In this document: piece by piece, positions 59,527-64,000 of the stretch
Layout: each line of letters opens with the position of its first letter
Numbering within the stretch: position 1 is the stretch's first letter
Assembly: GCF_032444005.1 (NCBI RefSeq)
Contig: NC_091291.1
Location: 131,254,001-131,318,000, forward strand
Source: Ranitomeya imitator
Taxonomy: Eukaryota
Length of the DNA stretch: 64,000 bases
Reading direction: 5' to 3'
The notes under the pieces: model-generated
What the model saw: only the letters and a program-made list of their open reading frames with translations
Told to the model about the DNA's origin: nothing
Databases searched by the model: none
Position numbers and translations under genes: made by a program

Positions 59527-61400
59527 CTGGAAATCCCGGCTCTCTGATTGGTCGAGGCCGCCAGGCCTCGACCAATCAGAGACCGGCACAGCATCGACGT
59601 AGAAATCCCGCGTCTCTGATTGGTCGAGGCCGCCAGGCCTCGACCAATCAGCAACGGGCACAGCGACGATGATGTCATAAAGGACGTAGAAATCCCGCGT
59701 CTGATTGGTCGAGGCCGCCAGGCCTCGACCAATCAGCAACGGGCACAGCGACGATGATGTCATAAAGGACGTAGACATCTCACGTTTCTGATTCAGCGAC
59801 GGGCACAGTATCGACGTAGATGTCATAATGGTTGCCATGGCGACGATGATGTCATAAAGGTTGCCTCGACCAATCAGCGACGGGCACAGTGTGCCGCGAA
59901 TTCTGGAATCATCATTGTCCATATACTACGGGGACATGCATATTCTAGAATACCCGATGCGTTAGAATCGGGCCCCAAACTAGTCTATATATATAATTGC
60001 CTAAGGGTTTTTCCGTCTGTCTGTCTGTCTGTCTGTCTGTCCTGGAAATCCCGGCTCTCTGATTGGTCGAGGCCGCCAGGCCTCGACCAATCAGAGACCG
60101 GCACAGCATCGACGTAGAAATCCCGCGTCTCTGATTGGTCGAGGCCGCCAGGCCTCGACCAATCAGCAACGGGCACAGCGACGATGATGTCATAAAGGAC
60201 GTAGAAATCCCGCGTCTGATTGGTCGAGGCCGCCAGGCCTCGACCAATCAGCAACGGGCACAGCGACGATGATGTCATAAAGGACGTAGACATCTCACGT
60301 TAGAAATTGTCTAAGGGTTTTTCCGTCTGTCTGTCTGTCTGTCTGTCTGTCTTTCTGTCTGTCCTGGAAATCCCGGCTCTCTGATTGGTCGAGGCCACCA
60401 GGCCTCGACCAATCAGCAACGGGCACAGCGACGATGATGTCATAAAGGACGTAGAAATCCCGCGTCTGATTGGTCGAGGCCGCCAGGCCTCAACCAATCA
60501 GCAACCGGCACAGCGACGATGATGTCATAAAGGACGTAGACATCTCACGTTTCTGATTCAGCGACGGGCACAGTATCGACGTAGATCTCATAATGGTTGC
60601 CATGGCGACGATGATGTCAAAAAGGTTGCCTCGACCAATCAGCGACGGACACAGTCTGCCGCGAATTCTGGAATCATCATTGTCCATATACTACGGGGAC
60701 ATGCATATTCTAGAATACCCGATGCGTTAGAATCGGGCCCCAAACTAGTCTATATATATAATTGTCTAAGGGTTTTTCCGTCTGTCTGTCTGTCTTTCTG
60801 TCTGTCTGTCTGTCCTGGAAATCCCGCATCTCTGATTGGTCGAGGCCACCAGGCCTCGACCAATCAGCGACGGGCACAGCGACGATGATGTCATAAAGGA
60901 CGTAGAAATCCCACGTTTCTGATTCAGCGATGGGCACAGTATCGACGTAGATGTCATAATGGTTGCCATGGCGACGATGATGTCATAAAGGTTGGCTCGA
61001 CCAATCAGCGACGGGCACAGTCTGCCATGAATTCTGGAATCATCATTGTCCATATGCTACGGGGACATGCATATTCTAGAATTCCCGATGCGTTAGAATC
61101 GGGCCACAATCTAGTACAGTATAATGGGCCTCCTATAATGTTACATAGAGTATGGGCGCCATATATTGCTCCATACAGTATAAAGGCCCCATATATTGCT
61201 CCATACAGTATAAAGGCCCCCATATATTGCTCCATACAGAATAATGATCCATTATAATGACCATACAGAATAATGGACTCCATATAATGCTCCATACAGA
61301 ATAATGTGCCTCATATAATGTTACATACAGTAATGGCACCGTATAATGCGTCATACAGAATAATGGGCCTCATATATAATGCTTCATACATAAAAAAAAC
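58450..61400. repeat. About 30-bp CCATACAGTATTATGGG / CTCCATACAGAATAATG minisatellite hosting the Helitron array
   Basis: Units at about 58450-59006 and 61115-61400; probably internal to a hAT-like element starting CAGGGCCGGCTCC near 58268. Confidence 0.75.
59007..61114 (+). mobile_element. Five head-to-tail non-autonomous Helitrons
   Basis: Units 59007-59460, 59461-59983, 59984-~60300 (3'-truncated), ~60301-60748 (5'-trimmed) and 60749-61114. 5' TC, 3' CTAG, subterminal hairpin CCCGAT-GCGTTAGA-ATCGGG; inserted between A59006 and T61115 with no TSD. Confidence 0.85.
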
Positions 61401-61967
61401 CCCCATATACTCACCTCTCCTCGCTGGCCGCTGCTTTGCTCCGGACTCCTCAGCGTCGATGTCTTCCGGCTCTCTGCACTGTGACTGCTCGGAGCAGAAG
61501 GCGCATAGTAGTGATAAAATTGCGTCCTCTGCCCTGAGACATCACAGAGTCAGAACACGCAAAGACAGGAACAGGGAGAGGTAAATATGGCAAGTGCTGG
61601 GGACCTAAGCAAGTGAAGGGCCCACTCGCGGGCACTGGGTTCCCCCAACTCATGGGCCCCATAGTGTGCCGATGTCCTCCACATGGAGTGGACCCCCGGC
61701 TTGCTCAAGGCCCCGACACTTACCCAGGTGTGCCGAGTGGTGACCCCGTTCCTGTATATGGGCATGCAGATCATAGGAAGTTGAGTAAAATAATACCTTG
61801 ATATCTGCAATCCGATGTCTTATTCCACAGAAATCTACATTTTTCTTAATATGTAAATGAGCTGTTAAGATCTATGGGCGTGACATAGATCTCTCTAAGA
61901 ATCTGCCTCCAAAGCTTATTTTAAAGGAAAGGGGTTGTCACCAGTGCGACACATGTAATGACTGGCA

Positions 61968-62159
61968 ATAGAAAAAAGAGCAGCATCCAATCCAGGTGAA
62001 GTTAAATGAAGAAACACTTTATTCTGCCATCATGCAACGATTCGACCAGTTTTGGTCTTTGTCAAGTACCAATACTGGCTGAAACATTGTATGATGGCAG
62101 AATAAAGTGTTTCTTCATTTTACTTCACCTGGATTAGATGCTGCTCTTTTTTCTATTGT
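61968..62159. repeat. Short inverted repeat, Penelope pseudo-LTR-like, with a degenerate hammerhead-like spacer
   Basis: About 70-bp arms AATAGAAAAAAGAGCAGCATC...CTGCCATCAT and ATGATGGCAG...GATGCTGCTCTTTTTTCTATT; the minus-strand spacer reads TTGACAAA-GACC-AAAACT-GGTC-GAATCGTTG. Confidence 0.6.
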
Positions 62160-62380
62160 GAGTTTTTGTCCGGTTGGGTCTGTGGACTTTGAGCGTGCCT
62201 CCAAAAATCGTCTGATGTGCTGTCGGCTGCTGCTTCTTTTATGTAATGACTGACAAGTCTGCTCGCCCCCTCTACATGTCCTATACTGGTGATGCCCGCT
62301 CTTCATTTACAATAAGCTCTGGAGGTTCTCGGGGAGATCTCTGTCTGGCCTATAGATCCTAACAGCTCCTTTATATATTA

Positions 62381-62927
62381 AGAAAAAGCCAGATTACTCA
62401 CCGGTAATGCTCTTTTAGTGAGTCCACGACAGCACCCCACTGGAGAGAGGGATCCGCCCCGCAGGAACAGGAAACCTACAGAAAAATAAAAGGGGGCGGT
62501 CCGCCTCTCCTCCTCAGTTTTAATTTCAGAGTACCCGGAGGACCGCCAGTATTAGGCAAATATCATTTATTCCATTTTCAAACTTATTTGCTTATGTATG
62601 ATTAAAAGAATTTTACTCAGTAGCATACACTATATTAATCTAGGGAGGGATGTAAGAGGGTGCTGTCGTGGACTCACTAAAAGAGCATTACCGGTGAGTA
62701 ATCCGGCTTTTTACTCTTCGCCACGACAGCACCCCACTGGAGATCTTTCAAAGACCATCACCTGGGGGGGACCACCGTGCTGAGGACAGTCCTGCAGAAG
62801 TCTAGGTCAGAAGTTGACGATAGGAGGAGAGGCGGACCGGCCCCTTTTATTTTTCTGTAGGTTTCCTGTTCCTGCGGGGCGGATCCCTCTCTCCAGTGGG
62901 GTGCTGTCGTGGCAAAGAGTAAAAAAG
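62381..62927. mobile_element. Minimal non-coding DIRS1-like element (left ITR, internal complementary region, right ITR)
   Basis: About 62381-62436 pairs with 62660-62712, 62425-62516 with 62822-62912, and 62708-62743 with 62891-62926. No RT or tyrosine recombinase coding sequence. Confidence 0.75.
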
Positions 62928-63819
62928 TATGGATTTCTCTGGAATAAAACATCAGATCGCAGATATCAAGGGGAGAAAAGATTTCTATAGGATAGGGATA
63001 GGACTCTTTCTCCCCTCCTTGGAAGTAAGTGGAGCTTCAATCCTTCAACTCCCCATTTCCCCGTGTGGACTCACTGTGCTCTTCGGCTGGCGTTCCTTTT
63101 TTGGCACCTGATTAGGATGTCCAGACCTGGTAGCAGCAGGCTGATTGAGCTCTAACAAAAGTTGTACACATTCAAGATACCTATTTAGTGTGTGTTTTGT
63201 TGTTTTTCTTCCCCTGCTCCCTCCTCAGAAATGCTCCTTTTTAGCCTTTTTTCTTGCTTTATTCAGTGCTGGACCAGGAAAGGGCGAGTAAAGCCTGGTT
63301 TGTTTTCTTAGAACCAACCATATCCATGGGTCAGAGATTTTCCAGAATCAGAAAACCCATGTATTGTATTTCAATTTGCTTCTTGAGTTCTCAATCTTAA
63401 AAAATATCTCCTTGGTCTTCTCATACAATGGAGGACATCACATCAAATAGACCTTTCTAACAATTTTTTTTGCAAAGTTGGCTTCTGGAGTCAGCAAATC
63501 AGCTGTTGCACAAACCTTTTGAGAGCAAAGGACATAGACAATGGCACCAACCAGTCCTGAAATGATCTTCCTTTGACTCACGGGTTACATTATTTCAGCG
63601 CCTCATTTTACTTAAAACCCAAAGTTGACCTTCAATGACCGCGAAATTGAAAGATCACAACCTTTAGTGATGGTCTGCACTTTTGGGTTAAGATCACGAG
63701 CTCAGCACTCTTCTATTTCATCACGATTACGACTGTGACTCACATCATTGCTCATCGAGCTTTTCAGACTTCCAGCATCGCTTTCAAAACAGAGACACGT
63801 CATGAACTCCACATCTGGT

Positions 63820-63927
63820 CTAAAGTCCATGAAGCTGCCTTGGAAATCAGCCAAAGTAGGGATGCTCTAATATAAAGGGCCGGCAGTGGCACAACTTCAT
63901 CCTCAGATCCAAACACCAAGGGATCAG
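63820..63927 (+). promoter_or_regulatory. Putative promoter and non-coding exon 1 of a further apolipoprotein gene (APOA4 paralog or APOA5) continuing beyond the window
   Basis: CTAAAGTCCA at 63820-63829, TATAAAGGGC at 63871 and GATCAG|GTAAG at 63928, the same motifs in the same order as the apoA-IV promoter. Confidence 0.6.
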
Positions 63928-64000
63928 GTAAGGAGCAATCTCATCCATCCATCCTGAAGAAGGAGACATGCAGAACTTGTAGAAGATCCTAGGTTCTTGG

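Overview
Repeat-rich eukaryotic DNA, most likely from a frog (inferred from the repeat families and gene sequences). The genic backbone is the vertebrate APOA1-APOC3-APOA4 apolipoprotein cluster in the mammalian order and orientation: a divergent ApoA-I-type gene (+, CDS 9619-12764), APOC3 (-, 36400-33629) and APOA4 (+, 43595-48663). A probable promoter and first exon of a fourth apolipoprotein gene lies at the right edge (about 63.8-63.9 kb). All three gene models were built by hand from GT-AG sites and keep the family's intron phases (1 and 2). The rest is nested transposons: an intact single-ORF sushi-like Ty3/Gypsy chromovirus with apparently identical LTRs and a Tf1-type self-priming signature inside an otherwise intact CR1 LINE, Penelope-type inverted repeats with hammerhead-like motifs, several Tc1 elements, hAT and T2 MITEs, a five-copy head-to-tail Helitron array, a roughly 550-bp non-coding DIRS element and many minisatellites. 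The ~800-aa ORFs at 24.8-27.2 kb come from a MITE-borne minisatellite and are not called as genes. No database searches were run; family names come from motifs recognised by eye.
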